A stretch of 64,000 bases of DNA, taken from IMG/VR virus record IMGVR_UViG_3300005201_000352; one strand, written 5' to 3'. The DNA comes from an uncultured virus (IMG/VR IMGVR_UViG_3300005201_000352) (taxonomy: Duplodnaviria; Heunggongvirae; Uroviricota; Caudoviricetes). The notes beneath the pieces were generated by a model. That model did no database searches. It was not told where the DNA came from and worked only from the letters and a program-made list of their open reading frames with translations. A program made the translations under genes and the position numbers. Shown here one piece after another: positions 47,045-58,494 of this stretch. Position 1 is the first letter of the stretch. Every line of letters begins with the position of its first letter.

Positions 47045-47311
47045 TTAACGAATTATTGCTTTACCCCAATATTTATTTACTACGGAATTTGTAACAGCAT
47101 TTACAAATCTTTCTTTCTCTTCTCCTTCAAGCTTATATAAAGAAATAACTTTAAGCGCGGTTTTAGATGAAATTACTTGACCTCCTCCAATAAGGCTAAT
47201 TACTGCATTCGATAACCCGAGCTTATTAGCCATATCTTCAATCGACTCATCGTTCATGAAACGCAGCTCTCTGAGTATACGCCCAACTTCTGATATGTCT
47301 CCTTTTTTCAT
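47045..47311 (-). CDS. XRE-like HTH regulator
   Basis: VGRILRELR...EDMANKLGLSNAVISLI. Confidence 0.75.
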   Translation of the reverse strand: MKKGDISEVGRILRELRFMNDESIEDMANKLGLSNAVISLIGGGQVISSKTALKVISLYKLEGEEKERFVNAVTNSVVNKYWGKAIIR

Positions 47312-47775
47312 TCTGTCCCTTCTCTCAGTTTCCTGATTTTATCGCCGCGGAAATACTGAACTCCAAATTGAAAACATCGACAAGTAAGATATTCCTTGCC
47401 ATAATTAGGATATAATTCCCTTGCGTCCTTATCATCAAAGCAATATTTTTCAGCGTCCTTGACGATTAAAATATCACCTGTATAAAGCTCTAGCCTCGCT
47501 TCCGCTCCTGATTTTCCAACAACTGCAAGGTGCATATTGTTATTATAATTAAAAGGAAATGCTACCCCGCAAATATAAAACGGCTTGCCGTTTGCAAGTG
47601 GTAATACTATATCTGTGTTTGTTGGCATTGCTGAGTTAAACTTTTCCTGCGGCCATTTCCCTTTTAGACATTTTGCGCAATGGTTTTTATCATCAAATGC
47701 CTCAACATACTTAGCCCATGTGTATTGGCTAAATCCCGTCAATATGCTTTTTTTGCTCTCAATCCTTATAATCAT
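47308..47775 (-). CDS. Hypothetical Cys/His protein, paralogue B
   Basis: FDDKNHCAKCLKGK, YICGV, LYTGD, YLTCRCFQF. Confidence 0.7.
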   Translation of the reverse strand: MIIRIESKKSILTGFSQYTWAKYVEAFDDKNHCAKCLKGKWPQEKFNSAMPTNTDIVLPLANGKPFYICGVAFPFNYNNNMHLAVVGKSGAEARLELYTGDILIVKDAEKYCFDDKDARELYPNYGKEYLTCRCFQFGVQYFRGDKIRKLREGTE

Positions 47776-50279
47776 TTACATCCTCCTGTTATAATAATAC
47801 ATGGTAATCAAATAATTACCAATATATTAAACTTAGCCTAGATCCAACCAGTTGGATAGATTTTTCATTCTTACCGTGGAGCAAATCCCTGTTCTTCGAG
47901 TCATTGCTGTAGTTGAAAAAGCGCATAGAGCATTTTCTTGGCTTCTGTTTCATTAGCCGCAAACGGCTCCACTCTTTCCATAAAAGCCCTATTGCACATA
48001 AGAGCAAGCATCGCGGCATCATCCTCATGAAGTTTTATTGTTATCTTTTTCATCGCTTCCCCCTGAATGGAATTATTCTCCTTGTTGTCGCTTGGACCAG
48101 TCAATAGCCGCAACTGCTACGCGGTAAGGCAGAGCCCCAGCGATTGCGTCATACACCTCTTCTTCTGTATACCCTTCACGCAATAGATCATCGCGAACTG
48201 CGCAAATTGGTATGCCAATTTTTTCCTGTAGTCCTTCTTTTTCGATAATTTCTCTTGCTTTCATAATGTCTCCTGTTAATCTTCCCAAGGAAAAATACCA
48301 AGGGTCTCTAAATATATTTCGGCTTCGCCAGCATCTGCCGCCCAACCGTTACTCACGATGTGTCCTAGAAAATCATAACCTTCGTAAACACCAATGCTCG
48401 ACATATAGTCTGTCATTTCCTCTCTGGTAGTAGGTTTATTCATCATCGTCCTCTTCTTTTTCAATGACGCCTTCTTCAATGAGAAAATCGTAGAAGTCGT
48501 CATTCAATAATCCGGCCCCGTGAAAGTTTAATAGCAAATCGACAGCCTCGGTACTGCCAAGGTCAATCAACGCCTGATACATTTCTTTTTTCTTGTCTGT
48601 CATTTTACACTCCTTATGGATAAAACTCCTCTTCGGTACAGAGCTTCAATCTCTCGCAGTACAAGCGTACAAGCGTTTCTCTGATTTCAGCTCTCGCCTC
48701 GGCAACTCCGTCAGTAGCAAACCCTATTACGGTCGGCGAAGGATTAAGTTTTTCGATCAACTCGACAATGGAGCCGTCTACAAAATCCCATTTTTCGAAT
48801 TTTCTTTTTTCTTCGATCCTGTCTTCGGTTCCAAACACACTGTCTTCAAGCCTGTTCTTTTCGGCACACTCGCTGCATACGTCTTCGTCGTCCGATACTG
48901 TCCAACCGGCACATTCGTTACAGAAAATACCTCCGCATTGAGGACATTCATTGCCATCGTTTTCTGTTTCTACTGTGGGGTCAAGGTTTATTTCCTTGCC
49001 GCATTTTTCACACCTAAACATCGTCTTCGTCCTCCTCTTCGTCTTCTTCGCTGTTTTTGGGATACAAAATATCCGCCGTGTCCTTTAACGTGTCCCAAGT
49101 TACTCCCCAACTGGCATCATGGTGATCCGATACTTCCTCCAAAACGTGCATTTTCTGCTCATCGGTTAATTCAGGACGCGCGTCATTCACGTCATCGACA
49201 GACCAAATAATTGCTATCTCTCTGGCAGGGTTGAAAAACCGCAGCATAGAACTGTTTTTTAATCGCGGACATTCAAGGCTGTCTTTTATTGGTGAGCAAT
49301 TCGTTGACGCATTGCACTCTCCGTCCGGCGCGTGTTGGCATTTAATTTCACTCATTTTATCCTCCTCAGTGTTTCCACTATTGCAGGATCACCCGCTCTA
49401 AAGCCACGGAAACCGGACTTTAAGTACATCAATTCGTCTATCGCTCCATCGGTGTCCTTATAGAATAATCTCCGCTTACCGTCCAAATCCCCCGAAGCCA
49501 GCAACCGATCCACAACCTCTTCCGCTCCATTCGTTATTGTCATGGTAGGATCGGATTCATCGAAAAGGTCTGCGATGTAAAGAACCTCGTCGGTCTTTGA
49601 TACGATTTCAAAATTAACTTTGTTTCTCATACTATTACTGCCTCCCTCCGTTTTACGATCCGCGACGGATACCGGCAATTCTCACGGTATACTCTACGGT
49701 TTTCTTTCGCGGCGGCTAAAGTATCATGCGCTGTTTCGTACTCCCATCCCTGTCCATAATTGACGTGAAGTTCAAAGATGTCTTTGGTTTTTCTCACATA
49801 TTTCATACTAAGCCTCGTAATTCTGTATTGATCTTCACAAGCATTCCGCCGGTTTCGGAGTCAAATGAAAGCCCGGCATCGTCAAGCATCGCAGAAATCC
49901 GGATCACTTGCGCCTGTATTACTTCCTCATTCCTCTTGTATTCCCGGACAACATCCCGGAGGCGGTTAATCTCTCTCTGGCACTCACGGGTACGATCTTC
50001 CTCTTTAGCGATTTCTCTTTTTAGTCGTTCAATTTCTTCTGTGGTATTTAGCAAAGCGACACAGTAGCTTCCATAATAAACCGCAGTTATAACAACTCAT
50101 GTTTCTCCTCCTCGTGGAAAACCAGCCTGAAATAAACATCTTTATTATCATCCCTATATTCTTTTGAACAGGAAAAATCAGAACACCTAAGTCCCAATTC
50201 TTGAAAGATACAGAGATCGCACTTGTCAATTTTTTTACTCTTGGCTACTATCGCCTTCAAAGCTCTGTTTGTAGGTATG

Positions 50280-50483
50280 TCAATCATTTTGCGCCTCCGT
50301 TACACGCTTATTCCATGCTTTGATTGCTTCGCTTTCCTCGTTTTTATAACCGCTCTCTGCGCCGCATTTCGCACATTGCACAAAGTACCAGCCTGTACTT
50401 CCGTGATAACACGGCGTATCGTCAAACTTTATTACACCTTCCATGCCGCAGAACGGACAAGGTTTTAATTTTGGTTCGGGCAT
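50280..50483 (-). CDS. Lar-like restriction alleviation protein
   Basis: LKPCPFCG...VQCAKCGA...EAIKAWNKR. Confidence 0.8.
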   Translation of the reverse strand: MPEPKLKPCPFCGMEGVIKFDDTPCYHGSTGWYFVQCAKCGAESGYKNEESEAIKAWNKRVTEAQND

Positions 50484-50678
50484 AATTCTTTATCCACTCC
50501 CATTATATGCAATTTGAATAAATACAACGGACAATCACTGCACGGTGGTTTTTGTTTCTGGAATCTCATGTAGTCATCTTCTATCATTCGACAGTAATAG
50601 TTTTTGTCCCACACTACATCAGAGCAAAAATCTTCAATGTCTTTTCCTGAAACCTGATGTTTCTCAAATCTGGGATCG

Positions 50679-51038
50679 TTATTTTCCTGTGCCATTGTTT
50701 GTCTCCTTTGGCGGCAATAATCGCCTGCCGCAATGCGGGCAAAACTTCGATACCAGCATACCTGTATAGCCGTCACATTTAGGACATAATAATCCCGTAT
50801 CACGTTCATTAACATTCCACCGCAGCGGCTCGCCAAAATCACGCTCCCACTTTTCGTTTAATGCTTGGGTGACAAACTGAAACAATTCAGCGTTGAAAGC
50901 ATCAGCTTCCTCAGGGGTATAAAATTGTATGTGGTTAATCACGTTAACCCATATTCTGTGTCCCAAATCTACCGCTCCAAATTGGTTACACGTAAACGGC
51001 GGCTTTAATATCTCTTTAAGGGTTGCTGCCGGTTTCAT
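50679..51038 (-). CDS. Hypothetical protein with C-terminal zinc ribbon, paralogue of 63058-63583
   Basis: LKPPFTC, CPKC, FCPHCGRRL. Confidence 0.7.
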   Translation of the reverse strand: MKPAATLKEILKPPFTCNQFGAVDLGHRIWVNVINHIQFYTPEEADAFNAELFQFVTQALNEKWERDFGEPLRWNVNERDTGLLCPKCDGYTGMLVSKFCPHCGRRLLPPKETNNGTGK

Positions 51039-51393
51039 TCTGTCCTATCCTCCTGTCCAAATACTCGATTATCTGCACCGCTACGGCGGCTACTTGTACG
51101 AGCTCCTCGCGCTGTTTTTCCGGTTCGGTTTCCAGAAAGGCCTCTAAAAACTCTTCCGCAAGAATGTTATACCAACAACCATTATCCTTACCCCTGGCCA
51201 GATCGTTTTCATTCCTGATAATTTCCAAATTTGTTTTGCACCTTGCATAATCAAAACCGGCATATAGCATAGGAGGATTTTGCTCGCCCCATTTCTCATT
51301 CTGCCGCTTTCTTTCAGCGCAGATCTCGGTAAAGATTTTGTATCTCTTCTTTACTTCTTCTGGAAACAAAGGGATCGTTATTGTTTGTATCAT
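51016..51393 (-). CDS. MazG-like nucleotide pyrophosphohydrolase-fold protein
   Basis: ERKRQNEKWGEQ, ILAEEFLEA, EELVQVAAVA. Confidence 0.65.
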   Translation of the reverse strand: MIQTITIPLFPEEVKKRYKIFTEICAERKRQNEKWGEQNPPMLYAGFDYARCKTNLEIIRNENDLARGKDNGCWYNILAEEFLEAFLETEPEKQREELVQVAAVAVQIIEYLDRRIGQNETGSNP

Positions 51394-52398
51394 TCCGTCT
51401 CCACGCCGCCGCCGGTAAGCCTGAACACCCGACCCGCCGCTAAGAAAAAAATCGCTGGTTTCGTTTAACGTTCCTCCTGTGAAAATTTCGGTTTCCTATC
51501 AAGTCGTTGGCAAGCTCTCAAGTATTTTCTGGCTGCTGATCCTTCGGGCATCCCGTCGCCTTGACCCCATTCGTATTCAAGCAAGTCAAGGGTATCGTTC
51601 AAACTGTAAATCACCTTTTGAGCGTCCTCGACCCACTCCAGTAATTTCTTCGCCATTTCTTCTCCGTTAAAATGCCTAAATCCTCTGATTTTCCTGTTCA
51701 TAGTTCCTCCTCAACGTCATCGTCATATTCAGCGATTATTTCGCATTCCGTGTTGTAGGCATTGGGGCAATCATAGCCGGTAACACCGCAGATGTGATTG
51801 TCGTCAAAAGTAAGTTCAGCGTAACCGCACATTACGTCATCTCTCGTTTTGACACCTCGATTTTCAACGTGCCGCACTTGGGGCAGGCGTAAACACACAC
51901 CGCTTTATTTTTAATAAAAAGACAAAACAACTGAGCAATATCTGCCATCGTCTTTCTTGCCGTCTCTGGTCTAATAAAATCCTCGCCTTCATAACCGCAT
52001 ACGCACTTCATAAAACTAACTCCCATGCTCCTATTCGAGCGTTTTCTAATTTTGCGTTTAGATTTTTACACATCGTAATTGCGTCAACAAAACGCAGCCG
52101 CCAGCCTGATTCAATCGGTTCGTCTACACTCGGAATATAAATATTCCACTTATAACCGATTTGCTTTTCTACGATTTCACCATAGCAACCGCTTGGATAA
52201 TTTATTTGCCAAAGTTTCATTCTTTTACCTCCGCGTTAAGACATTTATCGCAGCGTTTTATTTCGCCCTGCCTGTCATCGCCCAAATACTTTTGGAAAAA
52301 ACGGCAATACCGGAAATGATCCTGTACAAGATCGCCGTACTGTTTTTGGCATTTTCCGCAAGTTAATTCTTCGCACTCAATCTCAATCGCTATCTTTC

Positions 52399-52776
52399 TC
52401 ATGCCTTCCCCCTCATGCTTTCCAGTGTTTCCTCAAGAACATCAGCCATTGGGCCGCGATTCTTGCCTTTAAATATTTCCCTTGCCTCGCGTATAAATTT
52501 TTCACATGCTTCTTCGTCTCTTTCAGGTAACGGTTCGGGCAGGGCTTCGGGTTTTGGCATTATGCATAAAATTTCGTCCATGTATTTTTCAAACTCCGCA
52601 GGGCAGGGAGCTTTATTCCACACGCGGGAAAACCGTTTCGGCAATATCTCAGCCGCCGCCTTGTAAAATTCCGCGCTATACCCGTCAAGATAAGCCGCTA
52701 CCGCGTCAAGTACCACGCCTGTGTATTTTTCGCCGTAATAGTTTTCAAAAAACGTTAAAAGCTGTTTTAAAGTCAT
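52399..52776 (-). CDS. Putative helicase-loader/replication accessory protein
   Basis: Coupled downstream of the initiator; APCPAEF...ALPEP pattern. Confidence 0.45.
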   Translation of the reverse strand: MTLKQLLTFFENYYGEKYTGVVLDAVAAYLDGYSAEFYKAAAEILPKRFSRVWNKAPCPAEFEKYMDEILCIMPKPEALPEPLPERDEEACEKFIREAREIFKGKNRGPMADVLEETLESMRGKA

Positions 52777-53840
52777 TGGAACAACCCCCGTATAATTTCC
52801 TGCAATTCGGGCGTTACGTTATTTTCCGGCAGGGAATCTATAACCAGTTCCCAAATCCACGGCGTTATTAAGGCTCTCGGCGTAAAAACCACTTTGCCTT
52901 TTAATTTGCCGTTTGTCATAACCTTGAAATGCTCAAGAATGTTTTGCAGAAAATCGGCCGTCATTTCCGGCGCGATGTTTGAACACCGAATGACAAGCGT
53001 TTTTAGGTGCTTCATTTCCCGCGCCGTTGTTTCTCTGTCCTGATAAAGCATTGCTTTGGTTTTTTCGCATGATTCAAAACAGGCTTTCGCGGCGTGAAAC
53101 AATACCAGTTCTTTGTCTGATAATTCCTGTTTTTTCTTGGGTGGTGAACGCGCTACTGAATTTTTATGTAAAACCATAGCTGTTTCTGGTTCAGCGGCGT
53201 TAGCCGCTGGAAAAGACTGCGGATTAGGCGGGTCTTGGTCAGGATCAGGTTCGTGTTTGGATTGTTTGTCGGGCGGTTCGTCAGAACCGCATGAATATTT
53301 TTTAGTATTATTTAGTTTAGTATTCTCTAGTATAGTTTGCGGATTATTGTCTCCAAATTCTGTATTTTCGTATACAGAAACCCCGCCCAACTCGCTTTCT
53401 GTGGGGTTATTGTATTCATTTCCGTTGCTTCCACATACAATAACTCTTTTTTCAAATTTTTCTCTTATCTCATCAATGGTTATTATCTGATTATTCCGTC
53501 TTTCATAGGCATCTTTTATTGATTCAAGAAAAGCCTCGCAAGCGATAACTTTATGCTCTTCCCATAGCTTTTTATCAAGTTTTCCGGTTTTAACCATAAG
53601 CTCAATCATGGCTATACCTCTTTCTTCATCCGGCAAGCCTATTTCTGCAAAAAAATTAAGTTTGTCATCTTCCTCTTTTATGCAGTAATAATGATCCGGC
53701 GTTAAGGCAAGAAACCTCATTAGGTTGGTAAAAAATCCTATCCCTTCAAGTCCGTATTTACTCTGTAAAATATTTAACGTTTTTCCCCTTTTTGCATAAA
53801 ATGGGAAATAGTCTACGTCACGTCTTGCCGGTCTCCCCAT
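52773..53840 (-). CDS. Replication initiator-like protein (DUF4373 / Lin1244-type N-terminus)
   Basis: MGRP...VDYFPF...LQSKYGLEG. Confidence 0.75.
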   Translation of the reverse strand: MGRPARRDVDYFPFYAKRGKTLNILQSKYGLEGIGFFTNLMRFLALTPDHYYCIKEEDDKLNFFAEIGLPDEERGIAMIELMVKTGKLDKKLWEEHKVIACEAFLESIKDAYERRNNQIITIDEIREKFEKRVIVCGSNGNEYNNPTESELGGVSVYENTEFGDNNPQTILENTKLNNTKKYSCGSDEPPDKQSKHEPDPDQDPPNPQSFPAANAAEPETAMVLHKNSVARSPPKKKQELSDKELVLFHAAKACFESCEKTKAMLYQDRETTAREMKHLKTLVIRCSNIAPEMTADFLQNILEHFKVMTNGKLKGKVVFTPRALITPWIWELVIDSLPENNVTPELQEIIRGLFQ

Positions 53841-54398
53841 TTAATTCCCCCTCCCATGTTCTCTATGCCATTTTTTATGGCAACTTTCACAAAGTGTAAT
53901 TCCATTGTTTATATCTATTCTTAATTCTGGATATTTTGAAAAAGACTTTACATGGTGAGCGTTTATTTTTTCCTTTTTGCCACAATTTTGGCAGGTGAAA
54001 TTATCCCTAAAATAAACACTCAGTCTCCAATGTCTATAATCCTCAGACGCTCTTATTTTGATATTTAATGGAGTTATACCGCCTTTCCAATTGCCGCTTA
54101 ATTCTCCGCCTTTACCATGTGTCCACCATATAAACCCCATTATTTTTTTAGATATTTGATAATTTCCCTTTTCGTTTACACTAATAAGCCTGTATTTCAT
54201 AAGTGTATTTAAGGCATTTTTTATCTCTGTCACATTAAAGCCAACTTCCTTACATATTGTTTGAATATCTGCTCTGTATACGCCATGTATACTTGTATGG
54301 TCGTTAGTTAATAAATATAAAAGCAATAATTGGTCGTTTGGGCAAAAATCATAAAACTTAAATTCATCCCATATTGCGGTTTTTATCTTTCTATACAT
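53841..54398 (-). CDS. Chimera of a replication-initiator-like N-terminus and an HNH endonuclease
   Basis: YRKIKTAIWD...LYLLTN.HT...GVY; NWKGG, RDNFTCQNCG, AHH, NGITLCESCH. Confidence 0.8.
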   Translation of the reverse strand: MYRKIKTAIWDEFKFYDFCPNDQLLLLYLLTNDHTSIHGVYRADIQTICKEVGFNVTEIKNALNTLMKYRLISVNEKGNYQISKKIMGFIWWTHGKGGELSGNWKGGITPLNIKIRASEDYRHWRLSVYFRDNFTCQNCGKKEKINAHHVKSFSKYPELRIDINNGITLCESCHKKWHREHGRGN

Positions 54399-54488
54399 CC
54401 TCTTTTCTCCCAAATCCAAAAAATAAACCCGTCTATGAAGGGTGCGACAGCCGATTATGCCGCCCACACATAGCAGGCGGCAAGCAGT

Positions 54489-54752
54489 CTACAAACGGTT
54501 GTCGGGAACGGTTAAATTCTCCCCGCCCGGCTTTTCGCCCTGCACGCTGGACGGCGTTATTCCCTCGCCGACGATCTCGATACGTCCCTGATCATACCAA
54601 CCGTTGCCGTTGTCTTCGCGCTTGTTGTCCTTGACTTTGGCTGTTAAAAACAGAGTGTCGCACCCGTACAGGTGTTTTGCCCTCGCGGTGATAACGCCCT
54701 CAAAGCCTGTCACTTTGTCTTTCCCCAGTTTTCCCAATACTTCTTCTTCCAT
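54489..54752 (-). CDS. Conserved phage hypothetical protein
   Basis: KDKVTGFEGVITAR...YGC...WYDQGRI. Confidence 0.6.
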   Translation of the reverse strand: MEEEVLGKLGKDKVTGFEGVITARAKHLYGCDTLFLTAKVKDNKREDNGNGWYDQGRIEIVGEGITPSSVQGEKPGGENLTVPDNRL

Positions 54753-54971
54753 GATCTTATCCTCCGTAATTTATTTAACCGCCCATACGGGCAGGCTTTA
54801 CTGTTTTATCAGGCATTTTTACTCTCTTGCTTTTTATCTTCCCCATACACTTATCGCACCTGTAAAATTCATTGTCAGGTGCAAAGTATAGATCAGCATG
54901 GTATTTGGAGCAGTAGAACAGGTCTCCGTTGCCGGAGATGTATTTACAGTTATTGCAGAATTGGCTGATCG

Positions 54972-55934
54972 TCAAAATAACCCCTTCTCATTCGCTATCC
55001 TCTGTTCCGCTATTTTTATATATTCCGGGTTTAACTCGCAGCCGATGTATTTCCGCAAATTCTTTATCGCTACCAGAGCGGTAGTCCCGCTTCCCATAAA
55101 CGGATCAAGCACAATTCCATTTTCAGGGCAACCGCTTAAAATACAGGGAAGTATCAATTTTTCAGGAAAGACGGCAAAATGAGCACCGTTAAATGGCTTG
55201 TTGTTTACTACCCATACATCTCGCTTGTTTCTTTCCGGTCTAAAATCATAAGCATTTCCAGATTTTGTCCGATAAAAAACATCGGGGTTTTCCGTGTATT
55301 TTTTCCCACCATAACGAGGTAATTTTTTTTCAATCTGAATACGTTTTACAGAGCTTTCAGCTACCGGCTCTTTTATTGCGTTGCTATCAAAATAGTATCT
55401 TGCCGACTTGCTTAATAAAAGAATATACTCATGCGATTTTGTACATCTGTCGGTTACGCTTTCTGGCATTGCGTTAGGCTTGTGCCAGATAATAGACTGC
55501 CGGAGATACCAGCCGTCATCGCGGAGTGCGAAGGCTAACATCCAGGGTATGCCGATTAAGTCTTTATTCTTTATGCCGGGCGTTTTGCATTCCAGTGTCG
55601 CTGTCGCGCCAAGCATACCCTTGTTTGTTCCCTGCTTGTATAATTTGGCGTTTTCAGGGTAATTTGCAGCACCCTTGCCGCTTCCGGCATAGATGTCTCC
55701 TATGTTGATCCAAGCCGTGCCATTGTCGCTTAATACACGTTTTACTTCACGAAAAACATCAATGAGTTTTTGTATATACTCCTGCGGCGTTTCTTCTAAT
55801 CCTATTTGTCCATTACAATTATAATCACGTAAATTATAGTAAGGCGGCGAAGTAACGCAGCAGTTCACATAATTATCAGGGAGCGTTTTTAGCGTTTCAA
55901 TGCAGTTTCCCTGGATAATGGTATTTACAAGCAT
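54972..55934 (-). CDS. DNA methyltransferase, N4C/N6A beta class
   Basis: TSPPY, IIWHKPN, HFAVFP, LDPFMGSGTT. Confidence 0.93.
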   Translation of the reverse strand: MLVNTIIQGNCIETLKTLPDNYVNCCVTSPPYYNLRDYNCNGQIGLEETPQEYIQKLIDVFREVKRVLSDNGTAWINIGDIYAGSGKGAANYPENAKLYKQGTNKGMLGATATLECKTPGIKNKDLIGIPWMLAFALRDDGWYLRQSIIWHKPNAMPESVTDRCTKSHEYILLLSKSARYYFDSNAIKEPVAESSVKRIQIEKKLPRYGGKKYTENPDVFYRTKSGNAYDFRPERNKRDVWVVNNKPFNGAHFAVFPEKLILPCILSGCPENGIVLDPFMGSGTTALVAIKNLRKYIGCELNPEYIKIAEQRIANEKGLF

Positions 55935-56248
55935 TTATCTATCTCACCGCTTGTAACGTGAAGGCTTGCCGTAACCGACTTTCCGCATTTACAGATATTG
56001 CCGCCTTCAAAGTGTTCGGTTTTCTCTACGCCCATTGAACCTTCAAGCATTTGCATAATGCCGCCTAAAACTTCCTTGTACGGTTTCAAAACAACCTGTA
56101 CCTGTTCACCGCATTCGGGGCAGTTTACATAACTTTCCATTGGTTTAGTTTCTCTCATAGTTCACCTCCGGCAATAACCGTTTCAGGTTCTTTTTCAGGT
56201 GTACTTTTGTAAAGGTTTCCAGTGTGTACATATTGCCTTTTGTTTTAG

Positions 56249-57010
56249 TCATGCGACACCTCCAAATAAAAATTCTTTATTTGCCGATAGAGGCTTTATT
56301 TCTTTTTCAAAACCCGCGATGTATTCTTTCTTAATCTCGAAGCCGTATGCTTTTCTCCCTAGTTGTTCGGCGGCAAGTAAAGTAACGCCGCTTCCGGCAC
56401 ATGGATCAATTACAACATCGCCAGCGTCTGTAAATGTTTCAATTAAAAACTTTAATAATCGAATTGGTTTTTGTGTCGGGTGAATTTTTGGAGTTTCATT
56501 GTCTCTCTCCATAGGCACGCAATTAAAAACCATTCTCCCGTGATTGATAAATTTTGGCAGTTTGTCGCGATAAAAAAGAATAGCGTATTCAGAATTTCCG
56601 ACTATCCGCATATTTGCTTTTAATACCTGCGGGGAATAATTTTTATAGAAAACTAGATTTATATAATTCTTAAAATTATGCTTTTTCGCTTCCTCTATTA
56701 AAGCCCATTGCTGGTCAAAAGCACAGAATACTATCATACAACCCGCTGAATTTGTCTGTTTCGGCTCAGGTTTTACCAGCTTGTTGCAGAAATGAAAATA
56801 TTCAGGTATTCTAAAATCCTTGTCGGTATCAAAAAACTGCTTTCCAGCTAATTTACTTTGACCGTTTTTCATATCGCCGTTTTCGTACCACTGCGGATTG
56901 CTTCCATAGGCGTTATTGCCGACATTATAGGGTATATCAGCAATGACTAATTGCGCTTTAGGGATATTATATCTCTTGTAATTTTGAAAATGGTCGTGTA
57001 TTAAAGTCAA
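56249..57010 (-). CDS. DNA methyltransferase, beta class
   Basis: ADIPY, HPTQKP, IDPCAGSG. Confidence 0.9.
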   Translation of the reverse strand: MTLIHDHFQNYKRYNIPKAQLVIADIPYNVGNNAYGSNPQWYENGDMKNGQSKLAGKQFFDTDKDFRIPEYFHFCNKLVKPEPKQTNSAGCMIVFCAFDQQWALIEEAKKHNFKNYINLVFYKNYSPQVLKANMRIVGNSEYAILFYRDKLPKFINHGRMVFNCVPMERDNETPKIHPTQKPIRLLKFLIETFTDAGDVVIDPCAGSGVTLLAAEQLGRKAYGFEIKKEYIAGFEKEIKPLSANKEFLFGGVA

Positions 57011-57453
57011 TATGAAATGCCCCTTTATTTTTTCTCCAATACGATATTTTTATCCGTTGGTTTATCTCCCTCTACGGTATTTATGAGCTTTACCAATTCC
57101 GTTTTTTGCCGTTTCAGTACGGTCTGTTCGCGTTCTAATTCACGAAATTTATATTTGTTATGCCCTAATTCATCATTAATGTTCCTAATTTCCAGTCTTA
57201 GGTATTCAATAATTCTATCGTATGCTTCCTTTTTAATGTTCATACACCCTCCTACCAGATAGTTCCCCACCACTGCGCTATTTCGTCATCGGCACATTCT
57301 TTGCAAAAAGTACCAATCTGATTATTTCCCCAATACTCGTCATCTTCATAGAGATTTTTTCCACAACTATCACAGGTCATTCTAACCTCCCTTTTATCCT
57401 CTTGTTCATCTTCCATAATGTCATCGTTATCCAAATCATCATAAGCCATATTT

Positions 57454-57894
57454 TCACCCCGCAATCTTCATGCTGTTTTTCTCCAACTGATCCAGTATCT
57501 CGTTAAACTTTTTGGTATTAACTCCGGCTTGGATCATCTCCGCTATTAGCCTGTCTATTGTTTCCATGCGCTCTTTCTTTGTATAGTCTCTCCATGACTT
57601 AAGTCTGTAGTCTTCGCGCCCTTCGGGGCAGGGAGTGCCGTCAATGTTGACAAGGTTGCAAAACTTCTCCATTCCCGCGCCCAAAAAAAGTTTAATCAAT
57701 GCTCTGAAGTGTTCAAAACTTCGCGCTTTGTATGAATGACAGCCGCTTGACCAATAGACTTGTAAAAGACTATGCCAAGTCTTATTTTGCGCCGCCGTCC
57801 CCTCCGCCGCTGGCTCGCAGTTATAATAACAGCCGGTCTTAGGATCATCTCCGTTGCAGGTGAATTGACCGGGGGCTGTTATTAAGATTTTCAT
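57454..57894 (-). CDS. NinB-like protein
   Basis: TAAQNKTWH...SWRDYTKKERMETIDRLI. Confidence 0.45.
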   Translation of the reverse strand: MKILITAPGQFTCNGDDPKTGCYYNCEPAAEGTAAQNKTWHSLLQVYWSSGCHSYKARSFEHFRALIKLFLGAGMEKFCNLVNIDGTPCPEGREDYRLKSWRDYTKKERMETIDRLIAEMIQAGVNTKKFNEILDQLEKNSMKIAG

Positions 57895-58478
57895 TGTTCG
57901 TCTATACGCCCAACTTTTTCCGGCATAAAGGATAGTGCGCCTAAAACTCCGTCAACATATTTACCGCCATGTAATTCAATAAGCGTTTCTGCGGAAAGCT
58001 GTTTTGTGTTCGGGATGTATTTCAAACTCCCTCCCTTTATGCGATTTCTCAAGTAGGTATCCGAACATTGCAAGTATCTTGCGGCAGTCGCTAACGAAAC
58101 AGGTTCATTGTATATCTCTACAGCCGTTATAACTTCGTATAGAGACGTATAATACCCTCTCCTGTGTTTTTGCATATATTTTATAAACCTGTTAAAAATA
58201 TCCCAAGATATTTTTCCTTGCAGAAAGCGTTTGTCAACATCCCAAAACTCAATTTCATGGTGTATTTTGTATCCAACCGCTTCCCTTACGTCTTCGTCCA
58301 GCCCCGCATAGATTCTATCTTCTCTTTCATATACTGTTGCCCACGGTACAAGTCCGAATGTTTCTATACTGGCGATTGGCTGCTCTGCGATTTCAACGGC
58401 AAAATCATCATCGTCTTCCGCATTTAATTTTTTACGAAACAGATCAATAATTTCGTTTATTGTTACTGTTATTGTCAT
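57891..58478 (-). CDS. Hypothetical protein with C-terminal HTH
   Basis: VSLATAARYLQCSDTYLRNRIKGGSL. Confidence 0.55.
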   Translation of the reverse strand: MTITVTINEIIDLFRKKLNAEDDDDFAVEIAEQPIASIETFGLVPWATVYEREDRIYAGLDEDVREAVGYKIHHEIEFWDVDKRFLQGKISWDIFNRFIKYMQKHRRGYYTSLYEVITAVEIYNEPVSLATAARYLQCSDTYLRNRIKGGSLKYIPNTKQLSAETLIELHGGKYVDGVLGALSFMPEKVGRIDEQ

Positions 58479-58494
58479 GTATTCGCCTCCTTAT

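Larger units (their letters stand above)
47901..52402 (-). other. Dense cluster of small coupled hypothetical early/middle phage genes, many Cys-rich
   Basis: About 15 ORFs of 60-135 aa with GGAG SD sites and overlapping stops/starts. Confidence 0.7.

Noticed and set aside
48593..49210. Plus-strand 205-aa ORF and similar antisense ORFs across the window
   Set aside because: Shadows of coupled minus-strand genes; no SD or recognisable motifs
54972..57010. Restriction-modification system
   Set aside because: Orphan phage methyltransferases with no recognisable cognate endonuclease
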